A stretch of DNA of 64,000 nt from the NCBI GenBank assembly GCA_963665505.1, contig OY762275.1:1700154-1764153 (forward strand), in the 5' to 3' direction. Positions 54,812 through 64,000 of this stretch are shown piece after piece; positions within the stretch are counted from its first letter, which is position 1; each line of letters begins with the position of its first letter. The notes below the pieces were generated by a model, which worked only from the letters and a program-made list of their open reading frames with translations, did no database searches and was not told the DNA's origin. A program made the translations under genes and the position numbers. This DNA comes from Christensenellaceae bacterium (GTDB taxonomy: Bacteria; Bacillota; Clostridia; Christensenellales; Christensenellaceae).

Positions 54812-55657
54812 TTATTGTTCGGACAAGACGCGGGCAAGCGAAGCAAAATCTTCTTTTCCCAGTTGCTCAGCCCGGGCACCGGGGTCGATATCCGCCTTCC
54901 GCAAGATCCGGGCGGCGGCGTCCCCATCTATGTTCCAGCCTGCCCTCAAATTGTTCAACACCGTCTTTCTGCGCATGGCAAACAGCCCCCGCACCGTACG
55001 CAAATACGCCGCCCGCGGCGCATCCACGCAGGCGTGCGGCTCTATTTGTATGACGGCGGAATCCACATCGGGCCGCGGGTAAAAACAATTTCTGCTTACC
55101 CGGAACAACGTAGCCGCACCACCAAAATAGGCGACGGAAGCCGTCAGTGCACCGTACGCTTTGCTGCCCGGTGCGGCGGCAAGCCGCTGCGCGACTTCCA
55201 ACTGGACCATCCCCGTGAACCGGCCGGCAGGAACCGGGGCTTCCAATACTTTCAAAATACAATTTGCCGTAATATAGTACGGCAAATTGCCCGTTACAAC
55301 GAACCGTTCGCCATGGAAATGCTCCCGGAAAACAACCGGAAAATCCATCTCCAGAAAATCCGCATGCAGGATCTCCACATTTTCCTGCATATGAAGGGTT
55401 TCTTCCAGCACCGAGAGCATCCCCTTATCGATCTCTACGGCTACTACTTTTTTCGCACGCCGGGCAAGCGCAAGTGTGAGCGCGCCCGGGCCGGGGCCTA
55501 TTTCCAGCACATTTTCCCCGGGTAAGACGGCGGCTTCCGCGATCTTCTCCGTAATATTCTTATCGATCAAAAAGTTCTGCCCCAGGCGTTTCAGCGGCGC
55601 GATCCCGTGCCGCCGCAAAATCTCGAGGATGCCAGCGGAAGAATAGAGACTTGCCAT
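54812..55657 (-). CDS. rsmA: 16S rRNA adenine dimethyltransferase
   Basis: LGQNFL, LEIGPGPG, VEID, GNLPYYIT. Confidence 0.95.
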   Translation of the reverse strand: MASLYSSAGILEILRRHGIAPLKRLGQNFLIDKNITEKIAEAAVLPGENVLEIGPGPGALTLALARRAKKVVAVEIDKGMLSVLEETLHMQENVEILHADFLEMDFPVVFREHFHGERFVVTGNLPYYITANCILKVLEAPVPAGRFTGMVQLEVAQRLAAAPGSKAYGALTASVAYFGGAATLFRVSRNCFYPRPDVDSAVIQIEPHACVDAPRAAYLRTVRGLFAMRRKTVLNNLRAGWNIDGDAAARILRKADIDPGARAEQLGKEDFASLARVLSEQ

Positions 55658-55710
55658 AATAACTCCTAAACAAAAAGAAAGCCCCCGAAAGGCCGGGGGC
55701 CCGTAAACGC

Positions 55711-56748
55711 TCAGTACCTGCTGTCACCGCGCCGGTAATCATAAAAAGAACTTGTCCCATACAGATCAATATTTTCCAATGCCTTTCCCGTCCCGATCGC
55801 CACACAGGAAATCGCGTCGTCGGCCACATAGCAGGGAATCTTGCAACGCTCTGTCAGCAGCCGGTCCAGACCATACAGCAACGAACCGCCGCCCGTCATG
55901 CAAATACCATTTTCCGAAATATCCGCGGAAAGCTCGGGCGGGGTACGTTCCAGGATACTATGCACCGTTTCCATGATCAGGTTCAACGGTTCCTGGAAAG
56001 CTTCGATCGTCTCGTTGGAACTGATCGTGATGGTTTTGGGTAACCCGGATATCAGGTTCCGCCCGGTGATCTCCATATAAGCTTCTTCTTTACGCGGGAA
56101 AGCCGAACCGATATTGATCTTTACATCTTCGGCCGTACGATCCCCGATGACCATGTTGTATTTCTTTTTGATGTAGCGTACCATCGCTTCATCGAATTTA
56201 TCGCCCGCGCACTTGATAGAATCACTGATAACGGCGCCGCCCAACGAGATGACCGCCAGGTCCGTTGTGCCGCCGCCGATATCTACGACCATTTGCCCCA
56301 TAGGCTTGCTGATATCCAGACCGGCGCCAATAGCCGCGGCAATAGGTTCTTCGATCAGATGCGTACGTCTTGCGCCCGCATCTTCCGTCACCTCGATGAC
56401 CGAACGCTTTTCCACTTCTGTCACACCGCTGGGTACACAAACCACCACTCTTGGTTTGAAAAAGAGTTTACGCCCGATCACTTTATTCAGAAAATACCGT
56501 AGCATGCGTTCCGTATCATGGAAGTTGGAGATAACCCCTTCCCTGAGCGGCCGTACCGCCACGATATTCCCGGGGGTCCTGCCCAACATCACGCGCGCAT
56601 CCTGTCCAACAGCCACCATTTCTCCCGTGTTTCTATCTATCGCCACAACGGAAGGTTCCCTTAATACGATCCCTTTTCCCTTCACATATATCAGAACGGT
56701 TGCTGTACCAAGGTCTATTCCTATATCGTTGTAATCAAACAATCCCAT
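55711..56748 (-). CDS. mbl: MreB-like rod shape protein
   Basis: IGIDLGTA, RPLREGVI, DIGGGTTD; adjacent to spoIIID. Confidence 0.88.
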   Translation of the reverse strand: MGLFDYNDIGIDLGTATVLIYVKGKGIVLREPSVVAIDRNTGEMVAVGQDARVMLGRTPGNIVAVRPLREGVISNFHDTERMLRYFLNKVIGRKLFFKPRVVVCVPSGVTEVEKRSVIEVTEDAGARRTHLIEEPIAAAIGAGLDISKPMGQMVVDIGGGTTDLAVISLGGAVISDSIKCAGDKFDEAMVRYIKKKYNMVIGDRTAEDVKINIGSAFPRKEEAYMEITGRNLISGLPKTITISSNETIEAFQEPLNLIMETVHSILERTPPELSADISENGICMTGGGSLLYGLDRLLTERCKIPCYVADDAISCVAIGTGKALENIDLYGTSSFYDYRRGDSRY

Positions 56749-56993
56749 AACACAATCACTCCTACTTAAACATATCTATACCGAACCAGTTTTTTACATT
56801 TTTCTTTAAATATGCAGGAAACATACTTTTCCTACTAATCATAATATAATACCGTACGCCAATTTTCAAGGTTTTCATACAGTTTGTTTGGCATCACGCA
56901 AAGAATATATGTATCAAAACTGTATAGACCACACAATTCTTTTGTTTTCTGGCTCTACTCGCAAAGCCGCGGCGAATATACCTTATAATATGC

Positions 56994-57022
56994 TCATAAC
57001 TCTCTATACTTTTTCATACATT
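56994..57022 (+). promoter_or_regulatory. SigE-type promoter of spoIIID
   Basis: TCATA-16 nt-CATACATT. Confidence 0.65.
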
Positions 57023-57049
57023 GTACAAACGGATTTTTAGGAGACGGGC

Positions 57050-57316
57050 ATGAAAGAATATATTGAGGACCGTGTACGGGCAGTGGCTGCCTATATATTG
57101 GTTACAGGTGCTACGGTAAGACAGACGGCAAAAAAATTCAAGATCAGCAAATCGACCGTCCATAAAGATGCGACAGACCGGATAGAAGAGATCGACCCCC
57201 AGACCGCAAAAAAAGTACGCAAAATTTTGGAAAAAAACATGAGCGAACGGCACATCCGGGGCGGCCTGGCTACCAAATTCAAATATGCCGCAAAGCACAA
57301 GAAAACGGCAGGTTGA
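57050..57316 (+). CDS. spoIIID: Sporulation regulator SpoIIID
   Basis: YIEDRV, ATVRQTAKKFKISKSTVHKD, RHIRGGLATK.KY. Confidence 0.96.
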   Translation: MKEYIEDRVRAVAAYILVTGATVRQTAKKFKISKSTVHKDATDRIEEIDPQTAKKVRKILEKNMSERHIRGGLATKFKYAAKHKKTAG

Positions 57317-57500
57317 TTTTACGGGTCAAAAATAGATAGGGGCCCCCGGCAATAGGAGACCATACCAATGGACCGGAGTGATCTCTTTTATTTTCGCAGC
57401 TATTATATTGTTTTACACCATACCGATAGTGTATACTATAAGTGTTTGGGTTTTCCGAACAACAGTGCTAAATCTATTATACCACCAAAGGAGATTAATA

Positions 57501-58043
57501 ATGGACAAGGTAAGAGAGAGATTAAGAATGGGACTCGAAGATGTTGAGATGTTCGCTTCTGTTGACCAGGCACAGCTGGATGCGATGACAAAGGCGATAT
57601 TAAAAGCAAAGAGAGTGTATGTCGCAGGTTGGGGCCGTGCGGGCAACTGCGTCAAAATTCTTTCTATGGACTGCTCACAGATCGGGCTAAAGACACACAT
57701 CGTTGGCGACAACTCTACCCCCGCTATCAAACAAGACGATATCCTCGTCATAGGCTCGGGTTCCGGCGAGACCAAAACTATGGTCATCCTGGCGGAACAG
57801 TGCAAAAAGCACGGCGCCACATTGGGACTGATCTCCGGGGACGCGCAGTCTACCATCGGTAAGCTGGCAGATATCAACGTTGTCATCCCGACGAAGGAAT
57901 GGGATCCGAATGCGCCGGCGGCAAGCGGCGGTTCTTTTTATCATGTGCTGGTCATGACCGTGGATATCCTGCAGGTATATCTCGCAGAAGCACTGGGCGT
58001 CACCAACCAGGATATCCACAATAACCACAATAACCTAGAATAA
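57501..58043 (+). CDS. SIS-domain sugar-phosphate isomerase (Phi/HxlB-like), paralog 1
   Basis: VYVAGWGRAG, GSGSGET, C-terminal HNNLE; GGAG RBS fixes the start at MDKVRE. Confidence 0.8.
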   Translation: MDKVRERLRMGLEDVEMFASVDQAQLDAMTKAILKAKRVYVAGWGRAGNCVKILSMDCSQIGLKTHIVGDNSTPAIKQDDILVIGSGSGETKTMVILAEQCKKHGATLGLISGDAQSTIGKLADINVVIPTKEWDPNAPAASGGSFYHVLVMTVDILQVYLAEALGVTNQDIHNNHNNLE

Positions 58044-58115
58044 ATTTCGCCGACAGGACAAACAGTCGAAGCGATCTCTTTTATACAATTACAAAAAATC
58101 AAAAGGAGTTTTATC

Positions 58116-58658
58116 ATGGATAGAGTATTGGTAAGATCGAATATCGCCAAGGGCGATGCCGAAATGTTAAATGCAGTAGACCAGGCGCAGCTTGACGCTT
58201 TGACCGACGCGATTTTGAAGGCAAAGAGAGTCTATGTCGCAGGCTTCGGCCGCGCGGGCAACTGCGTAAAGATCCTCTCTATGAACTGTTCACAGGCAGG
58301 CCTCACAACATATGTTGTCGGGGATAACTCTACCCCAGCCATCAAGAAAGATGATATCCTCGTCATAGGCTCGGGTTCCGGCGAGACCAAAACTATGGTC
58401 ATCCTGGCGGAACAGTGCAAAAAGCACGGTGCAAAATTGGGCGTCATCTGCGGAAACGGTGAATCTACTATCGCAAAAATGGCAGATGCAACAGTCGTCA
58501 TCCCAAGAGAACCGCGGAAATCAAGGTCGCCTGAAGACCGCGGCGGTTCCTTTTATCATGTGCTGGTCATGACCGTGGATTGTATCCAGGCGTATCTGAT
58601 GGATGCACTCGGCCTTACCGGCGAAGATATCCACAGGAATCACAATAACCTCGAATAA
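58116..58658 (+). CDS. SIS-domain sugar-phosphate isomerase (Phi/HxlB-like), paralog 2
   Basis: VYVAGFGRAG, GSGSGET, C-terminal HNNLE. Confidence 0.8.
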   Translation: MDRVLVRSNIAKGDAEMLNAVDQAQLDALTDAILKAKRVYVAGFGRAGNCVKILSMNCSQAGLTTYVVGDNSTPAIKKDDILVIGSGSGETKTMVILAEQCKKHGAKLGVICGNGESTIAKMADATVVIPREPRKSRSPEDRGGSFYHVLVMTVDCIQAYLMDALGLTGEDIHRNHNNLE

Positions 58659-58700
58659 ATGCGGAAGATTCCGGGCAGAAATTTAATAGCTGTAAAAACA

Positions 58701-58727
58701 AAAAGGGCAGGGTTTCCCTGCCCTTTT
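58701..58727 (+). terminator. Intrinsic terminator after the SIS pair
   Basis: AAAAGGGCAGGG/CCCTGCCCTTTT 12-bp arms followed by a T run. Confidence 0.7.
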
Positions 58728-58821
58728 TGTTTTTTTGCCCAAAATCTTTTTTGAAAACGTTCTACCCGGACAAAAATATGATAAAATAAGAGGGAAATCA
58801 ATAAAATCAGGAGGCACTCCT

Positions 58822-59916
58822 ATGGATTTATATCGTACCCCGTGGAAACTTGTACCCAATAAAATCGTACGCTATCCCGGCGGCAGAGAGATCGACCGCT
58901 TTCGCGGCATAGAACCTGCCAAGGACGACAGGCGGCCAGAAGCCTGGGTCGGTTCCGTCACAACCGTGATCAATGCCGAAAAAAAAGGCGATCCCTATGA
59001 CGGCTGCGCGGAAGTAGACCTGCCGGACGGAAGACGTATGTATCTTTTTCAGGCGATTCGGGAAAATCCGACCAAGATCCTGGGAGAAGCCCATAAGAAA
59101 ATATCCGGCGAAGGACTCGGCGTGCTTGTCAAATTGCTGGATGCACAATTCCAGCTTGGGCTCCAATGCCACCCTACCCGCGCATACGCAAAGAAATATT
59201 TCGGCAGCGACTATGGAAAAGCCGAATCCTGGATCGTGATCGGTCTGCGCGACGATGTGCCCGAGCCACCTTATGTTTACCTTGGTTTTAAGAAAGATAT
59301 CACCCGGGAGAAGTTCGAGTCTCTCTACCATAAAGGAGATATCCGGGGCATGGAAAACTACTGTCACAAAATACCCGTACAAATCGGCGACGTTTTCTTC
59401 GTCGGCGCCGGTCTGCCACATGCCGTCGGCGCAGGCTGTTTTGTTGTGGAAGTACAGGAGCCTTCCGATATCACAGTCGGTGCAAAGCGGTACACCGCTA
59501 TGACCGAAAAAGAAGGCAAAGCATACGACGAACGTACGCTCGGCGCATATATATACAGCGGCTGTTCATACGATGAAAATCTCGCGCGTTGGAAGGTCAC
59601 GCCAAAAGAGATACGGCGAGGCCCCTGGGGCGGCGAAGTCGTCCTGATCGGCAAAGAACAGACCGATTATTTTTCCTGCACGCGCATAGACGTCTCCGGA
59701 GAAACGACTCTGCGCAATACCGGTTTCATACAAATCGGGATCGTTGTTGCAGGCAGCGGAAAATTAGTATATAATGACGGAGAATTATCTTTAAAAAAAG
59801 GCGATGAAATATTCCTGCCGGCCGGTGTAAAAGACGCAAAGCTATGCGCCGAAGATCATATCGCATTGATACTCAGCCACCCGCCGGGAGCACAGCATGA
59901 ATCCATAGAAAGGTAG
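58822..59916 (+). CDS. Class I mannose-6-phosphate isomerase-like cupin
   Basis: PEAW, LVKLLDA, LQCHP, KAESW, PHAVG, EVQEPSD. Confidence 0.75.
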   Translation: MDLYRTPWKLVPNKIVRYPGGREIDRFRGIEPAKDDRRPEAWVGSVTTVINAEKKGDPYDGCAEVDLPDGRRMYLFQAIRENPTKILGEAHKKISGEGLGVLVKLLDAQFQLGLQCHPTRAYAKKYFGSDYGKAESWIVIGLRDDVPEPPYVYLGFKKDITREKFESLYHKGDIRGMENYCHKIPVQIGDVFFVGAGLPHAVGAGCFVVEVQEPSDITVGAKRYTAMTEKEGKAYDERTLGAYIYSGCSYDENLARWKVTPKEIRRGPWGGEVVLIGKEQTDYFSCTRIDVSGETTLRNTGFIQIGIVVAGSGKLVYNDGELSLKKGDEIFLPAGVKDAKLCAEDHIALILSHPPGAQHESIER

Positions 59917-59924
59917 CCCGATAT

Positions 59925-60887
59925 ATGAAAAGTGTAGTTGCATTCGGCACCCCGTGCATTGATTTCCTGGTAAACCTGGACCATTTGCCTACCAAAAAGG
60001 ATGAAGGCGCCTGTATTTTGCAAACGAGCTGGCAGGGCGGCGGCAAGGTTTCTTCTGCAATGACGGCTTTTGGCCAACTGGGCGGGAAAGGCTCTATGAC
60101 GGGGATAATTGGTGCAGACAGTTTCGGCGACTTTTTGATTCATGATTTCAATTATTACAATATAGACACATCGCATATCCTGCGCGATGGGACAACCTCC
60201 TTTTCCGTCGTTCTTTCCGACCATATCACACATGGGCGGAACATATTGCATATGCGTACAACCGCAAGGGCATACGCGGTGGAGGATATTGACGAAGCTT
60301 TCATAGCCGGGCATGATATCCTGCATTTGGAGGCCGCGAACCCGGTTTCCCACCGGCTGGCCGATATCATACACGCGGCGGGCGGGATCGTCGTATTCGA
60401 CGGGGATTATTTTCTTGAAACGACCCAACAGATGCTTTCTAAAATAGATATGTTCATCGGGTCGGAATTCTACTATACCAGCTTGTTCGGCGATTCCACC
60501 GATTATGAGGCCAACATGCAGAAGGTCCGGGCGCTGGGCCCTTCCACCGTGGTCTTCACGTTCGGGGACAAGGGGTCGGCGGTCAAATGGGAAGGCGGGT
60601 ACTACTTTGCCCCCGGCTATAAAGTAAAAGTAGTGGATACCGTCGGCGCGGGAGACGTCTATCACGGCGCCTATCTTTTTGCTTTAGCCAAGGGTATGGA
60701 GCCAGCCCAGTGCGCACAGTTTTCCAATGCCGTGGCGGCGATCAAATGCACCGGTATCGGCGGACGGGCGGGCGTGCCCGATTACAAGATGACCATGCAG
60801 TTCATGGAAACGGGAACATATGATCGTTCTCTTATCGAAAAAAAGATACAGCGGTATCAAAACCTGAGCAAAACAACATTCGTATAA
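59925..60887 (+). CDS. PfkB family carbohydrate kinase
   Basis: GGGKVSSAM..GQLG N-terminal signature, DTVGAGDVYHGAY C-terminal signature. Confidence 0.85.
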   Translation: MKSVVAFGTPCIDFLVNLDHLPTKKDEGACILQTSWQGGGKVSSAMTAFGQLGGKGSMTGIIGADSFGDFLIHDFNYYNIDTSHILRDGTTSFSVVLSDHITHGRNILHMRTTARAYAVEDIDEAFIAGHDILHLEAANPVSHRLADIIHAAGGIVVFDGDYFLETTQQMLSKIDMFIGSEFYYTSLFGDSTDYEANMQKVRALGPSTVVFTFGDKGSAVKWEGGYYFAPGYKVKVVDTVGAGDVYHGAYLFALAKGMEPAQCAQFSNAVAAIKCTGIGGRAGVPDYKMTMQFMETGTYDRSLIEKKIQRYQNLSKTTFV

Positions 60888-60929
60888 ATGAAAAACTCCG
60901 GCAAATGCCGGAGTTTTTTGATGCACCCT

Positions 60930-62381
60930 TCAAGCCGATACTTGTTCTGCCATCCTTTCGATGACTTTTTTTAAAAACAGCCATACCCTGTTCGCAGATG
61001 GCAGGTTCAGGCGCTCTTCCGGACTATGTGCGCCCGTTGCCGTAGGCCCCAGGGCTACGACGTCCAGACCCGGCACCTTATTTTTCAATATGCCGCATTC
61101 CAGCCCTCCATGAATGGCCCGCATTTCCATTTCTTTTTCCGTCATTTCCTGATAGATCTTTGCAACGGTATCTCTAAGCGGAGAGGTTTTGCTGTATGGC
61201 CAGCCGGCATACCGCGAAAGGGTATTTGTCTTAAACCCAAACGTTTCTCCTAGCAGATGCAATTTCGTCTCCGTATCGTTATTCAAACTTTCCATGCTCG
61301 CCCTCGGCGCAAAAATGACCCTTATATAATTTTCGTTTGTCTGGACAACACCCATATTGGAGGAAGCATCCACCAGCCCTTCGATATGATGGCTCATGGC
61401 CAATACACCGTTGGGTGCCACATACAAAAGCCCCAGGATCTTCCGGGTGGCTTCCGCACAACCCATCGTTGCCGGCGCATCGACCCCGGCGACAGACACC
61501 GTAAACCCTTTGTCTTCTTCACCAAGTTCTTCTTTGATAACCGCCGCCGTGTTTTCGATCTTTTTCGCCGCACAAGGGCCGCAAGGTACGGCGATCAGCG
61601 CTTCACATTCCCGGGGAATCGCATTATGCTTGCTGCCGCCGTTGATAGAGATCAAAGAGATCCCTTCGCCCAACGAATACAGCAAACGGGCCATTATTTT
61701 ATTGGAATTCCCACGATACCGGTGTATATCCCCGCCGCTGTGCCCGCCTATAAGCCCGCAAACCATAACTTTCAAGGCCTCTCCCGTAAAGGGAACCTGC
61801 GGCAGTTCTTTTTCCATCTCTATGCACATACCGCCGGCGCAGCTCACCGTGGCGGTGCCCTCGGGCCCGCAATCCAGATTCAGCATATGTTTTGCCGTGA
61901 TTACACTTGCATCAAAAGCCTCCGCCCCGCAGAGTCCTACCTCCTCCTGCACGGTAAATAAGCATTCCAGCACAGGATGTCTAAGATCCTCTTCCGTCAG
62001 GGCAGCCAGCATATAGGCCACGGCGATCCCGTTATCCGAACCAAGCGTCGTTCCGTGGGCGGCCAGCCAGTCTTCCTCAACATACAGGTCCAGCGGGTCG
62101 GTCAAAAAATCGTGCTCCACATCCGCATTTTTTTCACATACGATATCCGTATGCCCCTGCAGCAATAGGGCAGGCCTGTCTTCACAACCGGGGGACGCCT
62201 GCTTACGGATAAACACATTATGCAGCACATCCCGCCGTACAAAAAAGCCATGCTCTTTTGCAAAGGCTTCCAAATAATCGGCAATCGCCTTCTCATTCCC
62301 GGAACCGCGCGGTATTGCGCTGATCTCTTCAAAAAATCCCAACACCCGTTCCGGCTGTATCCCTTTGGTTATCGTATTCAT
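60930..62381 (-). CDS. pepD: Aminoacyl-histidine dipeptidase (M20C)
   Basis: PRGSGNE, LQGHTDIVCEK, TTLGSDNGI, EEVG, IHGGLECG, HSPEE. Confidence 0.92.
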   Translation of the reverse strand: MNTITKGIQPERVLGFFEEISAIPRGSGNEKAIADYLEAFAKEHGFFVRRDVLHNVFIRKQASPGCEDRPALLLQGHTDIVCEKNADVEHDFLTDPLDLYVEEDWLAAHGTTLGSDNGIAVAYMLAALTEEDLRHPVLECLFTVQEEVGLCGAEAFDASVITAKHMLNLDCGPEGTATVSCAGGMCIEMEKELPQVPFTGEALKVMVCGLIGGHSGGDIHRYRGNSNKIMARLLYSLGEGISLISINGGSKHNAIPRECEALIAVPCGPCAAKKIENTAAVIKEELGEEDKGFTVSVAGVDAPATMGCAEATRKILGLLYVAPNGVLAMSHHIEGLVDASSNMGVVQTNENYIRVIFAPRASMESLNNDTETKLHLLGETFGFKTNTLSRYAGWPYSKTSPLRDTVAKIYQEMTEKEMEMRAIHGGLECGILKNKVPGLDVVALGPTATGAHSPEERLNLPSANRVWLFLKKVIERMAEQVSA

Positions 62382-62498
62382 CTGTCCCCTCCCCTGTGCA
62401 GCAACTTTCGTATTTTATTATAAGCCAAGTACCCGGAAATTTCCATATAACTATATAAAGAAAATGCCCTCCCTTTTCCCAAGAGAAAGCAGCAGATT

Positions 62499-63400
62499 TC
62501 AGGTTTCTCCGGTTCCCGCAGGCGCTTTTTTCTTTCGCCGCAAAAAAGAGAGCTTTGTCTCCGATAAAATGACCGCTGTGAAGACCATCGAAAATCCAAC
62601 AACCAAGCGGGGCGTCAATTCCTCTCCATAAAACAGAACGGAAAACAAAACGCCAAACACGGATTCCAGGCTCATCAGAACAGCGGCCGCCGTTGGGCTC
62701 GCATATTTCTGCCCATAATTTTGGAAAACCGTCGCTGCCAATGTGGGCATAAAGGAAAGGTAAGCAATCGACAGGACCGTTTCCCCCGGGATTTCCCCAG
62801 GCATCGTTTCAAACAACATACCGGCCACCCACGAAAAAAGAGCGGAAAAACCAAATTGCAGCATAATCAAAAGAAGCACGTCATATTCTTTGGTTATTTT
62901 GGAAACAATCACGATCTGATACGAGTAAATGATACCGGCGCATAAGGTCAGCGCATCCCCCATACGGATATGCAGGTCATCCGTAAGGGATATGAACCCG
63001 ATACCGACGATACAGACAAACGCCGCGATAAAATCGTACATATCCGGGCGTTTTTTATCCAGCATCCAATACACAAACGGCACCAACACACAATAGCTTG
63101 TCGTCAGAAAAGCATTTTTCCCGGGCGTTGTATCCAGTATCCCCATAGTTTGGAAAGCATTGCCGCAAAACAGGATGACCCCCAGAAAAAGCCCTTTAAA
63201 AAACGTTTTCTTGTCAATATTCGGATATTTGGGGATACAGACCAATCCAATGGTAACAAAAGCGATACTGAACCGCACCGCCATCAAAAAAAAGACGGGA
63301 AGTCAGAAACCGTTTCTCTCACGATGAAAAAAGAACTGCCGTAGACCAATGCCGACAGGAATAAAGATAGCGAGCTGAAAAATTTTTTCCGTTGTCTCAT
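62499..63400 (-). pseudogene. EamA/DMT transporter with a frameshift in a T8 tract
   Basis: ATG at 63400 gives MRQRKKFFSS...VYGSSFF...DFPSFF* ; one extra T in the tract at 63286-63293 would join it to MAVRFS... as a 300-aa EamA protein. Confidence 0.8.
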
Positions 63401-63522
63401 TTGATCTCCCTGGAAATAGAATTGCTATAGTAAATATACCGTGAAACCAGTCTCTATAAACAGCATAAAAAGAAGACCAGGGGATTTCACACCCCCGGCC
63501 CGTCTTTTATTAGGACAGAGCG

Positions 63523-64000
63523 TCAACCGATCGCCTGTATGACATAGTTTGCCAGGAACAATACCGTAGCGGCAAGCAGGATCGGATGCAGCTCCTTGAA
63601 CTGTCCCTTGACTATCTTGATAAGCGCGTAGAAGATGAAACCGACCGCTATGCCCTCGGTGATACTGTAGAAGAAGCCCATGAACACGGCGGCAAAGAAC
63701 GCAGGCAGCGCTTCTTCAAAATCTTCCCATTTGATGTTTGCAAAAGCCCCCGCCATCAACACACCCACAATGATAAGCGCAGGCGCGGTCGCCTCGGCAG
63801 GCACGAGACCGGCTACCGGCGACAGTATGATGCAAAGCAGCATGCAGATCGCAACCACGACGCTGGTCAACCCCGTACGTCCGCCTGCCGCGATCCCGGC
63901 GGAGCTTTCGACGTAAGTGGTCGTATTGGATGTACCCAAAACAGCGCCTATGGAAGTCGCCACCGAGTCTGCGAACAAAGCCTTATCCATCTTGGACTTG
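63523..64000 (-). CDS. NCS2/AzgA-type nucleobase permease, 3' part (runs off the window)
   Basis: KMDKALFADS, GTSNTTTYVESSAG, GGRTGLT, ATAPALI. Confidence 0.88.
   Translation of the reverse strand, partial: KSKMDKALFADSVATSIGAVLGTSNTTTYVESSAGIAAGGRTGLTSVVVAICMLLCIILSPVAGLVPAEATAPALIIVGVLMAGAFANIKWEDFEEALPAFFAAVFMGFFYSITEGIAVGFIFYALIKIVKGQFKELHPILLAATVLFLANYVIQAIG

Overview
Chromosomal segment of a spore-forming clostridial Firmicute. The 16S sequence resembles Christensenellaceae/Christensenellales by my recollection; this was not database-checked. Most of the window is housekeeping DNA: purL (5' part), aspartokinase, leuS, argS-serS, uppP, ychF, dut, a minus-strand rRNA operon (16S-tRNA-Ile-23S-5S-tRNA-Asn), purR-spoVG, murC, metK-recD2-comF-hpf-secA-prfB-lspA-rluD, rsmA, mbl and spoIIID. 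The main features missing from the ORF track are: (1) a full raiA-motif structured ncRNA between comF and hpf; (2) a tyrosine-integrase C-terminal remnant beside tRNA-Asn, next to an AT-rich arsR-arsP-thioredoxin/vanX-like block, suggesting a decayed island; (3) a 59-aa gene divergent from an XRE regulator, with a perfect 28-bp palindrome over its promoter; (4) two unidentified structured elements flanking mntP; (5) a symmetric metK/ttcA promoter pair sharing one palindromic -35; (6) tandem SIS isomerase paralogs with a 77-nt identical tract, next to a cupin isomerase and a PfkB kinase; (7) the prfB +1 frameshift and a homopolymer frameshift in an EamA gene. No CRISPR array, IS element or intact prophage was seen.
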